The position numbers were made by a program, and so were the translations under genes. The notes below the pieces were generated by a model, which was not told the DNA's origin, made no database searches, and saw nothing but the letters and a program-made list of their open reading frames with translations. From NCBI GenBank assembly GCA_965649225.1, contig CBFGJX010000001.1:64001-128000 (forward strand): a DNA stretch of 64,000 nt, written 5' to 3'. Below, piece after piece: positions 10,601-19,963 of this stretch. Each line of letters starts with the position of its first letter. Positions within the stretch are counted from its first letter, which is position 1. Source of the stretch: a candidate division WOR-3 bacterium. Lineage in GTDB: Bacteria > Hydrothermota > Tepidihabitantia > Tepidihabitantales > Tepidihabitantaceae.

Positions 10601-11065
10601 CACGGCAACCGAGTCGACTATTGGCCTGCCATCAACGCTCACCGTTCCCGCTTCCAGCACCAGTCGACGCACGCCAATTCGCGGGAAACGCCCCGCAGGC
10701 TGCGTCTGAACCTTCGTTGCCTGTCCCGGCCGTCGTCCGGCCAGGAAAACCTGCGGACGCTCGATTCTCAGGACCCTCAACCCCACTCGCCCCCGAAGAT
10801 TGCCCAGCAGGTCATAGTCAAAGGAAACCCGTTCGATGGTCACCGAATCGCTTTGGAAGACAATTCGAACCCGACTGAGTTCGGGCCGCGACAACAGATT
10901 GCCACCAATGCGTTCAACCTCAATTCTGCCGCCGATGACCCGGCCGAGAAGACCGAGCCCGAGTCGGATTGTCAACCGCATCAAAGGCCGTCCACCAAGC
11001 AGCAGCCCAGTGACAGACGCGACCAGCATTAATGGCAGAACCAGTCGCCGCAGCCTAAAACGCAT
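7700..11065 (-). CDS. tamB: translocation/assembly module TamB-like protein
   Basis: N-terminal anchor, long beta-rich region, C-terminal DUF490-like end (LTVGKYIGRRLYISY...YRFRLRY); directly downstream of the Omp85 gene. Confidence 0.8.
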   Translation of the reverse strand: MRFRLRRLVLPLMLVASVTGLLLGGRPLMRLTIRLGLGLLGRVIGGRIEVERIGGNLLSRPELSRVRIVFQSDSVTIERVSFDYDLLGNLRGRVGLRVLRIERPQVFLAGRRPGQATKVQTQPAGRFPRIGVRRLVLEAGTVSVDGRPIVDSVAVLMSAESRSEQVRAFLHQASLLVVPESVRISQLSAQMRVTADSALLEGMRLAADGFSFAGTARVGLADGGFTAAFMDLEVDLARFAGVPGRFKASGQGGVTGGDPSARVGWSASGLRWRGLALPELFGRLTLADSLASLTMMGRNPELGGVEFDGYVHIGTQAFAGRLVVRDLAIRRLEPTLPEVRITGSCDVGGKSTDSIWGTLRVTVPALGFDSLTATGGLVRGGVVIERLTARGASGRLSGQGRYRTGSGFFEIIADNFDLGVAAVVGNAPVSGRLNGLLTLTIENDSLHLLASLYASQLSFQDVTANAAVIDVNIALGKQLAGRVAVGGEVVRFGGQTVAAAQLVWDEPVFELRVDLDRSRLFATGDLAVERNGFAADFANFDFVSDDETLMTARPFRLNYSAATGLELTGLQFELGGGQLTAQGKIKLTDVPEPDFEVTARGLDLASVAKLGGIGFEVRGKLDASLHFDSLLRCDIAMRDLAVPEYGLVLRSVEGRLGLDGDTLSVDRLWLVRIDSAGSVDTSRITGRLVLMPRAPWPVQKVDLMAELVNVGPWVLVFLRPTLVAQRASIYGSLRVGGNLIEPELYGRLRLARADLSVEPIKASLQRVNGELTFAGNRVNIQKLTGRSRRGTVSAGGFVELGPGWVVDTLHLEAAFSGIEASPLRDVYGIAGGEIMLDWRQPQPIALSGRIDVEEALITIDPGQPAVTGGTPDTTLVYDLRIRGERGIWWRSSLADIELGVDMSIRRTMQEEFYNGELVSRQGNVYYFDRTLRVTSGTVRFANLDRLNPELDITAEMLLHGNGGSGDTPEKIVLTVTGTIETPQLEFRSEPPGWDNLQIVSYLSLNATPEQLREIDSRAAVTRMLSDRLLGFFQTRVAQRARGFTGLDYLDFETGLTSDARTRLTVGKYIGRRLYISYTQFFDEGFDPAFRVEYYLDRRNELVAARDENGRLSLRYRFRLRY

Positions 11066-12788
11066 GCATCAACCCGTAGGTAATCCCATAACCCGGACCG
11101 GCAGCACCCGCCGACATCGCTCGGGCTACATCAATCCGCACTGGTCCAATTGGCGTCCGGACGCGCAGCCCAACTCCAGCCCCAAACAGGAAGTTGCGCG
11201 GGGGAAAGTAACGGGCAAGATTGCCGCCATCAACAAACGCTACGAGACCGACCAGTCGAAACAGATACGGCGAACGTAGTTCAATGCTCCCGTAGAGCAT
11301 GGCGAATCCGTACCGAGCGGTGGAATCGCCGAACGGTCCAATTGAACGATCAGGATAGCCGCGCAGATTAGCAGCACCACCCATCGTGAAAGACTCGTAG
11401 TAAGCAACTAAATCACCGGGCCGGTACGGATAAACCCGGCCGGCACCCAGTCGACCCGCGACCACGAAACTCCCGCCGGGGTCGGCAGGGGAACGGCTGA
11501 GGCTGCGAAAGGCACGGATGTCGACCGCCAGACGGTAAAAGTCATTGCTGCCGCCAAGTATCCCGCCAGCCAGTTCGGCTGTGCCCCTGGCCCACATACC
11601 CCTCCCCGGCTCGAAGACATCGTTGCGGCTGTCGTGTTGACCCGAGAGAGCAAGCGAGCTGGTTGCACCGGGAGAAGTATCGGCCACCAGTCTGAGGCGA
11701 TTAGCAAGGCTGAAGACAAGCGACGGCAAGACACTACGGCTGAGGCCAGTCTCCACACCGTATTCGCGGACCAGAATACTGTCGCGCCGCTCAACATATC
11801 CGAACGGACGGGTCTGAAAGTCCACCCGACTTCTGCCGATGTACGGGATTCGCCAGGCGGCCCAGGAACCAAATCGAAAGGAAGGGCCGATCAACTGCTG
11901 CGCATACTCGGCGCTGGCGAGCAGACTGTGGTTGGCACCGAAAAGATTAACATACTCCCAGTCGACCGCGAGCAGCAACCGAAGCGGTGAACGACCGGGA
12001 TTCAACTCGCCTCCGCCGCCAAGTCCCAGACTACCGAATGGCTGCTCGACCACGTCGAACCTCACGACAACTCTGCCAAGCAGGGAATCGTCACCGACGA
12101 CGCGAAACGACACTCGGCTGAATAACTTCGAACCGTACAGCCGGCGCTGAGCCTCAAGCAGCCGGCGCCGCGAGTAGCGGTCGCCAGCGCGCAATTCGGC
12201 AATAGTTCGGCAAATGGCAGCCCGGACACGCCTGTTACCAACGAAAATGACCGAATCAATAACGCAAAGGGGACCCTCCGCGAGCAGGACATTGAGTGTT
12301 GCTGCACTTTCGGCTCGACTTATCTCGGTGCGCACACGAACGAACGCATAACCGGAGTTCTGATAGAACACGCGGACGGCGTTCTCGACGGCCGGTCCGA
12401 CGCCGCCAGTCGCAGGGGTTTTAGGTTTGAGGCCGATCACAGCTGCCAACTGGGACGAGTCAAATGCTGTATTGCCCTGAAAAATCAGTCGCTGTACACG
12501 GGCACGCGGCCCCTCATCGACGACAAAAGTCAGCACCGGTCTACGCCTGCCCCGCGCCAGCGTCCACTCGATCGCGACCGCATAGAACCCCTGGTCATGA
12601 TAGAAGTTCTCCAGGTCCGCCGCATCACGCACAATACGAACCTCATCGACCGGCTGACCCCTCGCCAGTTGCACCCTTGTTGCCAGAACCTTTGAACTGA
12701 AACTGGAGTTCCCCCGGAATCTGACCGCTTCCAGTGTATCGCCGACAACGGCCACGACGCGAAGTGCCAGCAACGCGGCAACAAGCAT
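11055..12788 (-). CDS. tamA: Omp85 family outer-membrane protein (TamA-like, 3 POTRA domains)
   Basis: Three POTRA-like repeats (F.GN), GGAANLRGY, GVGLRVRTPIGPVRIDVA, C-terminal Phe. ATG 12788 gives a signal peptide and overlaps the uORF stop. Confidence 0.85.
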   Translation of the reverse strand: MLVAALLALRVVAVVGDTLEAVRFRGNSSFSSKVLATRVQLARGQPVDEVRIVRDAADLENFYHDQGFYAVAIEWTLARGRRRPVLTFVVDEGPRARVQRLIFQGNTAFDSSQLAAVIGLKPKTPATGGVGPAVENAVRVFYQNSGYAFVRVRTEISRAESAATLNVLLAEGPLCVIDSVIFVGNRRVRAAICRTIAELRAGDRYSRRRLLEAQRRLYGSKLFSRVSFRVVGDDSLLGRVVVRFDVVEQPFGSLGLGGGGELNPGRSPLRLLLAVDWEYVNLFGANHSLLASAEYAQQLIGPSFRFGSWAAWRIPYIGRSRVDFQTRPFGYVERRDSILVREYGVETGLSRSVLPSLVFSLANRLRLVADTSPGATSSLALSGQHDSRNDVFEPGRGMWARGTAELAGGILGGSNDFYRLAVDIRAFRSLSRSPADPGGSFVVAGRLGAGRVYPYRPGDLVAYYESFTMGGAANLRGYPDRSIGPFGDSTARYGFAMLYGSIELRSPYLFRLVGLVAFVDGGNLARYFPPRNFLFGAGVGLRVRTPIGPVRIDVARAMSAGAAGPGYGITYGLMHAF

Positions 12789-12874
12789 CAGTGTCTGCTC
12801 TCGTTCCTGCACAAACCCATGGGTCGCCTTGGACAACGCTGCAGAGTCAGCAGCTCACGGCAGATATCGGTCAC
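12788..12874 (-). CDS. 28-aa leaderless upstream ORF coupled to tamA
   Basis: GTG 12874 lies 7 nt downstream of -10 TAATAT. MTDICRELLTLQRCPRRPMGLCRNESRH* ends in a TGA overlapping the tamA ATG (TGATG). Confidence 0.45.
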   Translation of the reverse strand: MTDICRELLTLQRCPRRPMGLCRNESRH

Positions 12875-12880
12875 GTCCGG

Positions 12881-12910
12881 ATATTACCTGTTCTGTTTGA
12901 CGGCTGTCAA
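12881..12910 (-). promoter_or_regulatory. sigma70-type promoter of tamA-tamB-priA
   Basis: TTGACA (12910-12905), 18 nt, TAATAT (12886-12881). Confidence 0.55.
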
Positions 12911-12965
12911 TCAGAAGTCTGGTGGCTCTCGACAGGACGCAGGACGACGATGAGCGGATAGTTCG

Positions 12966-15701
12966 TCAACCGGCATCAGGCAGTTTGCGCCAGTCAGATG
13001 GCCTTATGCCATACTTCGCCAGCAAACGATAGAATTGTGCACGACTGCAGCCCGACTGCCTGATCGCCTCCTTGATACTGCCCTTCGCGGAACGCAGACA
13101 TTGCAGCAGACGTTCGCGTTCTTCCGCTTCTGATTTCTGCGACCGCCGCCGCCGAAGTTCACGCAGAGTGCCGCCGCCACTTTCCGGCTGCAAACACGCG
13201 CTGTCGACGAGAACCGGCAGATCGGTCGATTGCAGTACGTTGCCGCTGGCCAGAACAACCGCCCGCTCGATGACATGGCTCAGTTCTCGAACATTCCCGG
13301 GCCAGTCGTATTCCATCAGCCGTGCCAGAGCCTCTGGAGCAATACCGGTCACATTACGGTCATATTCCCGGGCCGCGGCGGCAACGAGACTATCCACCAA
13401 CGCCGGAATGTCATCGCGACGTTCTCGCAATGGCGGCAGTACCAGCTCCGCACCGGCAATCCGGTAGTACAGGTCGGCCCGAAAGTCGCCCCGCGCGATC
13501 GCCGCTTCAATGTCCTGATTGGTGGCGGTTACCAGCCGGAAATCGACCGCAATCAGTCGACGACCTCCCACCCGTTCGAACTGTTTGTCCTGCAGCACCC
13601 GCAGTAGTTTCGCCTGCAGTCTCGGGCTCATGTCGCCAATCTCATCCAACAACAGTGTACCACCGGCAGCACCTTCAAGTTTTCCCGGCCGTGCTTGTAC
13701 CCCGGTTGCAACTCCTCTTTCCACTCCGAAAAGTTCGGCCTCAAGCAAGTCTGCCGGCACCGCCGCACAGTTTATTGCCACAAAAGGACCGCCCGACCGG
13801 GGTCCGGAATCGTGCAATGCCCGGGCAACGAGCTCCTTGCCGGTACCGCTTTCCCCGCGCACGAGCACCGGCACTCCTGCCTGCGCCAGCCGCAACACCT
13901 GCCTGAGAATATCGCGCATCTTACCATTCGGGCCCACCACGCCGCGATAGCGGAGACCGACCAGCTCGTCAGGTCGCGCCGGTTCACGTTCCACAAGTTC
14001 GGCGGCCGCAGATACGATTGGAGCAAGCAAGGCAACCAGTGATTCCAGCAGCAGCCGCAGGTGAGCCGGCTCGGCAGAAGTGCGTTGACCCAGATACAAC
14101 TGACCGCGCGTTCGATCGCTGCCGTACAACGCTATCCTGGTCTCAGTTTCATTGGAACAGAAATCACCGCCTTCGATCGGTCGTCGCACTGCAGCTCCGT
14201 CCGGCCCGCCATAGGCAGCGAGAATCCGCCGACCCAGCACTATTGCGCCTGTCCGGTATCCCAGCCCCTCACAAATCAGGCGCAACACCCGACTCAGCGC
14301 CGACGCGGGTGGCAATGCCATGCCAACGACCCCCCCCACCGCCCGCACCAGCGCCGCTCCAGCCTCAGCCGGTCGCTCACATGCCACCAGCAATCGGCTC
14401 GCTTCGTCTGCCTCCTGCACCACACCCAGACGACGAAATATCTGAGCAGCCGCTGCCAACTGTTCCATCGCCCATTGCCGTTCACCAGTTTCAAGCAAAA
14501 ACCGCCCATAACTGAAACACGCCATCGCGTGGTCATAGCTGTCAGCAATCTGTTCCAGAACCGCGACGGCACGCTCGAAGCACTCGCGTGCTCCGGCCGG
14601 ATTGCGCAATGCAGCCATTAATCGCCCCTTGGTGTAGAGCGCCCGACAAAGCACGGTCCAGCTTTCCATCGCTTCCGCAATGGCGGTTGCTGCCTCAGCG
14701 TGATGCAAACCGGCCTCCAGTTGCCCACGATTCAGTTCCAATACGGCAATCAGCTGATTCAGCAGTGCTACGTGGTACTGATCAACATGAAGCTTGGCAA
14801 GCTCCAGACCAACAGCAAAGTCTCTCTCGGCACTGGCATAGTCGCCGGTCTTGAGCCGTGCCTGACCGAGCAGCTGACAAGTCTCAATCAATACCTCATC
14901 CATTGCGACCGGCTGGCCAGCAATCGCCGCCCGGACCTGTTCCAGCAATCCGATTGCCCGCTCCGGGCTGTCACGGTGCAAAGCAATCTCGCTCAATCCC
15001 AGATTCGCAAAAGCCCACGGGTAAATACCCGGCCCGTCGCGACCAACTCTGTCAACACCGGCAAGCGCTCGATAAAACTGACCGGCCGCCTCTTCCCATT
15101 CGCCGACACCCAGATATGCCATACCGATGTTGACAATGTCAGTCAGCCGTTCTGCTTCATCAGCTCCCGGATCATCAACCTGTTGAGCCCGTTGATAGAA
15201 CTCAAGCGCCTTGTCAGGGTTTCCGGACAGCAGCTTCACATTGCCAAGCTGCACCAGCCCGCGGTGAACGGCTTCTGGATGCTTGGCCTCAAGCCCGACA
15301 GCAACGCACTGCTCATAACAACGACTGGCGTCACTATACTGCCCCGTGCACTCGGCAATCCGTCCCAGCAGAAAATGGTACGAGCATTCGTACTGGAGCA
15401 GACCTGCACGGCGGGCACACACCAAGAGCCGCTCAGCCCGCTCCCGGGCAGTCGTGTAATCGGCACGGCCCAGGGCGATTTCGGCCAAACGGATGTAGGC
15501 AACACAGAGAGCTCTATCATGGCCGGTTTCCGTTGCCCGGTGGGCGATGACGGTTGTCCACCGCTCAGCCTCATCCGGGCTCAGTCGCAGCATTTCCGAT
15601 ACAAACCGGAACATCAGCCGGAAATCATCAGTGCTTGGAGCAGGTAGTCGAGTCAGGCGCTCAAGTTCCCTTGTTCTATCCTCCATTCCTCTCGTGCTCA
15701 T
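12966..15701 (-). CDS. sigma54-dependent transcriptional activator with N-terminal TPR region
   Basis: Long TPR array, AAA+ domain (GESGTGKE, FVAINCAA, GVATGV variant of GAFTGA, LDEIGDM, WPGNVREL), C-terminal Fis-type HTH. Confidence 0.9.
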   Translation of the reverse strand: MSTRGMEDRTRELERLTRLPAPSTDDFRLMFRFVSEMLRLSPDEAERWTTVIAHRATETGHDRALCVAYIRLAEIALGRADYTTARERAERLLVCARRAGLLQYECSYHFLLGRIAECTGQYSDASRCYEQCVAVGLEAKHPEAVHRGLVQLGNVKLLSGNPDKALEFYQRAQQVDDPGADEAERLTDIVNIGMAYLGVGEWEEAAGQFYRALAGVDRVGRDGPGIYPWAFANLGLSEIALHRDSPERAIGLLEQVRAAIAGQPVAMDEVLIETCQLLGQARLKTGDYASAERDFAVGLELAKLHVDQYHVALLNQLIAVLELNRGQLEAGLHHAEAATAIAEAMESWTVLCRALYTKGRLMAALRNPAGARECFERAVAVLEQIADSYDHAMACFSYGRFLLETGERQWAMEQLAAAAQIFRRLGVVQEADEASRLLVACERPAEAGAALVRAVGGVVGMALPPASALSRVLRLICEGLGYRTGAIVLGRRILAAYGGPDGAAVRRPIEGGDFCSNETETRIALYGSDRTRGQLYLGQRTSAEPAHLRLLLESLVALLAPIVSAAAELVEREPARPDELVGLRYRGVVGPNGKMRDILRQVLRLAQAGVPVLVRGESGTGKELVARALHDSGPRSGGPFVAINCAAVPADLLEAELFGVERGVATGVQARPGKLEGAAGGTLLLDEIGDMSPRLQAKLLRVLQDKQFERVGGRRLIAVDFRLVTATNQDIEAAIARGDFRADLYYRIAGAELVLPPLRERRDDIPALVDSLVAAAAREYDRNVTGIAPEALARLMEYDWPGNVRELSHVIERAVVLASGNVLQSTDLPVLVDSACLQPESGGGTLRELRRRRSQKSEAEERERLLQCLRSAKGSIKEAIRQSGCSRAQFYRLLAKYGIRPSDWRKLPDAG

Positions 15702-15710
15702 TGCATTTTG

Positions 15711-15776
15711 ATGTTACGAACCGGGCAAAAAATTGTCAACTTGACCTTGACAATCGAGGCAACCAGACGTTAGACT
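15711..15776. promoter_or_regulatory. divergent sigma70-type promoters
   Basis: Minus strand: TTGACA (15739-15734), 17 nt, TAACAT (15716-15711). Plus strand: TTGACA (15747-15752), 18 nt, TAGACT (15771-15776). Confidence 0.6.
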
Positions 15777-15855
15777 GACCTGCGGACGTCGGGCTGGTCC
15801 TGCCGCTGACTCACTGACGTTCTCAACTTCAAGAAACAGCAAGAAGGAGGAGCCT

Positions 15856-16101
15856 GTGCCCTGGAAGTGCCCCAGCTGCAGTCAACAAGAAACGAATGTC
15901 TTCTACCTCTGCGCCGTATGCGGGCTGGAATGGGCCGAACCCAACCCGGAGTGTGATCCGGTCACTGGTCTGCCCGGCTCAAGAGCCTGCCCGGACTCAC
16001 TGTTGAATGACGATGGCGCCCCGGCTGAAGGCTGCGGCAACGAAGCGCAGCCAAGCTACGGGGTGTGCCTGAAATGCCGGGCATTGACCAGTTTTGCCTG
16101 A
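15856..16101 (+). CDS. small Cys-rich zinc-ribbon-like protein (81 aa)
   Basis: AAGGAGG RBS before GTG; CPSC, CAVC, CLKC plus three further Cys. Confidence 0.7.
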   Translation: MPWKCPSCSQQETNVFYLCAVCGLEWAEPNPECDPVTGLPGSRACPDSLLNDDGAPAEGCGNEAQPSYGVCLKCRALTSFA

Positions 16102-16125
16102 TCGACATAGCCAAATGGAGGAGAA

Positions 16126-16455
16126 ATGGCCCAGCCCAGAAATGTCCGTACCCGACTGCGCGTTCAGTCCCATTCCGATGCCGAAAAAGCGCGAGCACTG
16201 ACAAACGACTCGTCCGCAACCACTCCCCGTGCAACCCGTGGTGAACAGCGCATCGAAAAGCGCTGCCCGAAATGTCGATCTTTCACTCTTTCCCGGCATT
16301 ATTTCACACACCGATGCGGTATGCCCGGCCCCATCCCACCCGGGGTATCCGTACCTGCTCCCGGCCGCTGCCCGACCTGTGGCAAGCCGATTGTCTTCTA
16401 CCGGCTGTTCATCTGCCACAATTGCTGCTATGTGCTAGCACAGACTATGACATAG
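16126..16455 (+). CDS. small Cys-rich zinc-ribbon-like protein (109 aa)
   Basis: GGAGG RBS; CPKC, HxC, CPTC, CHNCC. Confidence 0.65.
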   Translation: MAQPRNVRTRLRVQSHSDAEKARALTNDSSATTPRATRGEQRIEKRCPKCRSFTLSRHYFTHRCGMPGPIPPGVSVPAPGRCPTCGKPIVFYRLFICHNCCYVLAQTMT

Positions 16456-16503
16456 CACAAATCGGGGCTCGCAAGCGAAAGGTCTTGCTCTGGCGCCGCA
16501 GTC

Positions 16504-16531
16504 TTGACAGCTGCGGCTGCGGCAATATACT
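16504..16531 (+). promoter_or_regulatory. sigma70-type promoter of acs
   Basis: TTGACA, 16 nt, TATACT; AAGGAGG RBS precedes ATG 16655. Confidence 0.6.
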
Positions 16532-16654
16532 AGCCATCCGGCTGGGCAAAGCCGCTCTCAGCTGACTACCGCACGGCCGGAATCGCACGTAGACAATTGA
16601 TGCCGCAGCCGCGGCGAAAGAGTTTGCCAGCGCCCGTCAAAAGGAGGACTACAG

Positions 16655-18556
16655 ATGGCAGAAGAGAAATTCTTCCCGCCCAAAGACTTGGTCGAGAACG
16701 CCAACATCACGGCATTCATGAAAAGGCATGGGATTGCCGATCTCCACGCGCTTCTGAAGCGAGCGGAGGACCACGACTGGTACTGGGGTGAAGTCGCCAA
16801 GGAGCTTGAATGGTACAAGCCTTTTGATAAGGTGCTCGACGACTCCAATGCCCCGTTTTTCAAATGGTTCACCGGCGGGAGCTTCAACATCGTCCACAAC
16901 TGCCTCGACCGGCACATGAAGACCGATGTCAAAGACCGGGTCGCTTTCATTTACGAGCCTGAACCCACTGACCAGAAGATTGAACGTTGGACCTACGCGA
17001 TGCTGTACCGGGAAGTGAACAAGCTCGCCAATGCGATGAAGAAACTCGGCATCAAGAAGGGCGACCGGGTCACAATCTTTATGCCCATGATTCCACAGTT
17101 GCCGGTGGCGATGCTCGCCTGTGCCAAGCTCGGCGCCATCCACTCGGTGGTATTCTCAGGATTCTCTTCTACTTCGCTGCGCGACCGTATCAATGACGCC
17201 GAGGCCAAACTGCTCATCACCAGCGACGGCGGTTACCGGCGCGGCAAGATTGTCACGCTGAAGGCCAACGCCGATCCCGGTATTGCCGACTGCCCGTCCC
17301 TCCAGCATGTCATCGTCTTCAAGCGGGCCGGCAACCCGGTCGAGATGAAACCGGGTCGCGACCTGTGGTGGCATGACATCACCGCCGGTGAGTCCGAGGA
17401 ATGCCCGACCGAGCACCTCGACCCCGAAGACCCGCTCTACATCCTCTACACCTCTGGCACAACCGGCAAGCCCAAGGGCATCGTCCACGTCCACGGCGGC
17501 TACGCGGTCGGTACGTATTCAACCCTGAAGTTCGTATTCGACATCAAACCCAGCGACATCTACTGGTGTGCAGCTGACGTCGGCTGGGTAACCGGCCACT
17601 CCTACATTGTCTATGCACCGCTGATGAACGGGGCCACGTCAATCCTCTATGAAGGCGCACCTGACTTTCCAGCACCGGACCGCTGGTGGTCAATTATCGC
17701 CCGGGAAAAGGTCACGATCCTCTACACTTCACCCACTGCGATCCGGATGTTCATGCGCTTCGGCGAGGAATTCCCGAAAAAGCACGACCTTTCCAGCCTC
17801 CGTTTACTCGGCTCGGTCGGCGAACCAATCAACCCCGAAGCCTGGCGCTGGTACCGTACGAACATCGGCGGTGACAAACTGCCGATCATGGACACTTGGT
17901 GGCAGACCGAGACGGGCAACTTTATGATTTCACCGCTGCCAATCACTCCGCTGAAACCCGGTTCGGCCACCCTGCCGCTTCCGGGCATCATGGCCGATGT
18001 CGTCGACAATGAAGGCAAGCCGATCAAGCCGGGCGAAAATGGATTCGCGGTGCTGCTCAAACCTTGGCCCGCCATGCTGCGCACCCTCTACAAGGACCCC
18101 GAACGTTACAAGGAAGCTTACTGGTCGCGTTTTCCGGGCAAGTATCTTACCGGCGACTCCTGCTCCCGAGACGCAGAGGGGTATTTCTGGTTCCGCGGCC
18201 GCGCCGATGAGGTGCTCAACGTCGCCGGCCACCGGCTTGGCACAGCCGAGATTGAATCTGCACTTGTCGCTCACCCGGCTGTTGCTGAGGCGGCGGTCAT
18301 CGGTGTTCCCGACCCAATCAAGGGTGACGTACCCAAGGCTTACGTCACGCTCAAGGTCGGATTCGAGAAAACCGATGCACTCAAGGACGAGCTGAAAAAG
18401 TGGGTCTCGACCGAAATCGGCCCGATCGCCCGGCCGGAATCGATCGAGTTCCGTGACAAACTCCCCAAGACCCGTTCGGGCAAGATCATGCGCCGTCTGC
18501 TCAAGGCCGAGGCCCTAGGCAAGGAAGTCGGCGACATCTCGACGCTCGACGAATAA
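16655..18556 (+). CDS. acs: acetate--CoA ligase (AMP-forming)
   Basis: [55 protein letters not shown]. Confidence 0.95.
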   Translation: MAEEKFFPPKDLVENANITAFMKRHGIADLHALLKRAEDHDWYWGEVAKELEWYKPFDKVLDDSNAPFFKWFTGGSFNIVHNCLDRHMKTDVKDRVAFIYEPEPTDQKIERWTYAMLYREVNKLANAMKKLGIKKGDRVTIFMPMIPQLPVAMLACAKLGAIHSVVFSGFSSTSLRDRINDAEAKLLITSDGGYRRGKIVTLKANADPGIADCPSLQHVIVFKRAGNPVEMKPGRDLWWHDITAGESEECPTEHLDPEDPLYILYTSGTTGKPKGIVHVHGGYAVGTYSTLKFVFDIKPSDIYWCAADVGWVTGHSYIVYAPLMNGATSILYEGAPDFPAPDRWWSIIAREKVTILYTSPTAIRMFMRFGEEFPKKHDLSSLRLLGSVGEPINPEAWRWYRTNIGGDKLPIMDTWWQTETGNFMISPLPITPLKPGSATLPLPGIMADVVDNEGKPIKPGENGFAVLLKPWPAMLRTLYKDPERYKEAYWSRFPGKYLTGDSCSRDAEGYFWFRGRADEVLNVAGHRLGTAEIESALVAHPAVAEAAVIGVPDPIKGDVPKAYVTLKVGFEKTDALKDELKKWVSTEIGPIARPESIEFRDKLPKTRSGKIMRRLLKAEALGKEVGDISTLDE

Positions 18557-18598
18557 GTGGCAGACGCGGAACCGCCCGCAGCCGAAGGCATCACTCAT

Positions 18599-18630
18599 GA
18601 CAGGGGCACGCGCTCACGCGTGCCCCTGTC
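18599..18630 (+). terminator. 14-bp GC-rich hairpin after acs (terminator or mRNA stabiliser)
   Basis: GACAGGGGCACGCG-CTCA-CGCGTGCCCCTGTC; no U-tract. Confidence 0.55.
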
Positions 18631-18669
18631 GGCTGGCATGCAACTGCGTCGTCATCGAGGAGAACTTTC

Positions 18670-19941
18670 ATGACTGAAACCAAAACTTACAACCGCTGGC
18701 TGATAGTCGTTGGAGCATTGCTGGTACAAATCTGTCTTGGCGCCATCTACGCCTGGAGTGTATTCCGCAAACCGCTGGAGACCGAACTCAACATCACTCC
18801 GACACAGGCATCGCTGCCTTTCTCGGTCGTGTTGATTTCGTTTGCGCTGGCGACCGTTGTCGGCGGCCGCCTGCAGGACAGGCTCGGACCGAAGATCGTC
18901 GCCATCATCGGTGGCATCCTCTTGGCGACCGGAATGATTCTGGCCAGCTTCGCCCGTGGTATCGGTCTGCTTGTTATCAGCTACGGCATCGTCTCCGGCA
19001 TTGGTATCGGCTTTGCCTACGTCTGCCCGATCGCTGCCGGGGTCAAATGGTTCCCGGACAAGCGCGGACTCATCACCGGCCTTGCCGTTGCCGGCTTTGG
19101 GGCGGGTGCCTTTTTTGCCGCCCCGCTCGCTCAGGGCTTGATATCGGGCACGCCCTACAAACTGATGGGTGCCGACCTGTTCAACCTACCGAAACTCGGC
19201 GTCTGGCAAACGTTCCTGTGGCTGGGCGTCGGCTATCTTGTCCTGGTCGTCCTGGGCGGCCTGCTTTTGCGCAACCCGCCTGCCGGGTACAAACCGGCCG
19301 GCTGGAATCCACCTCAGCCCCTGGCCGGCGCCGCTGCCAGGACTGACTACAGCTCGGCCCAGATGCTCGGCACTTGGCAGTTCTGGGTCATCTGGCTGAT
19401 GTATTTTGCCGGCTGCGCTGCCGGGCTGATGATGATCGGCCAAACCTCGCCGATTGCCCAGGAACTGGCCCGCTTCAACAGTGCCACTGCCGCTGTCGGC
19501 GTATCAGTACTGGCCATATTCAACACGCTCGGCCGCATCTTCTGGGGCCGGGTATCTGACTCTATCGGTCGCGCACGCACTCTGTTCCTGATGTATCTAA
19601 TTAACGCCGCTGCCGTTTTCGGTTACTTTCTGATTCCTGCCGCACCGGTAATATTCTGGTTCGGCATCGCTCTGGTTGGAGCAACCTTCGGTGGCTACCT
19701 CGCCATTTACCCCGCCATCAATGCCGACTACTACGGCACCCGCCATGCCGGGGTCAATTACGGCTTCATTTTCACCGCCTACGGCGTCGGCGGGCTGCTG
19801 TCCAACATCTTTGCTCCACGCGTGAAAGAGCTGACCGGCAGCTACAACTTTGCCTTCATTCTCACCGGCGTGCTCTGCATCGCCGCCGCCGCGGCAAGTT
19901 TCTTTCTCAGGGCACCAGAAGCCCGGAAGTCCGCGGCCTGA
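18670..19941 (+). CDS. OFA family MFS transporter (oxalate/formate antiporter-like)
   Basis: 12 TM; GAIYAWSVF, GRLQDRLGP, KWFPDKRGLITGLAVAGFG. Confidence 0.9.
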   Translation: MTETKTYNRWLIVVGALLVQICLGAIYAWSVFRKPLETELNITPTQASLPFSVVLISFALATVVGGRLQDRLGPKIVAIIGGILLATGMILASFARGIGLLVISYGIVSGIGIGFAYVCPIAAGVKWFPDKRGLITGLAVAGFGAGAFFAAPLAQGLISGTPYKLMGADLFNLPKLGVWQTFLWLGVGYLVLVVLGGLLLRNPPAGYKPAGWNPPQPLAGAAARTDYSSAQMLGTWQFWVIWLMYFAGCAAGLMMIGQTSPIAQELARFNSATAAVGVSVLAIFNTLGRIFWGRVSDSIGRARTLFLMYLINAAAVFGYFLIPAAPVIFWFGIALVGATFGGYLAIYPAINADYYGTRHAGVNYGFIFTAYGVGGLLSNIFAPRVKELTGSYNFAFILTGVLCIAAAAASFFLRAPEARKSAA

Positions 19942-19963
19942 CACAAAGAACCAAGGAGTAACC

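Noticed and set aside
18630..18650. Possible sigma54 promoter TGGCATGCAACTGC upstream of the MFS gene
   Set aside because: GG-to-GC spacing is 9 nt rather than the required 10.
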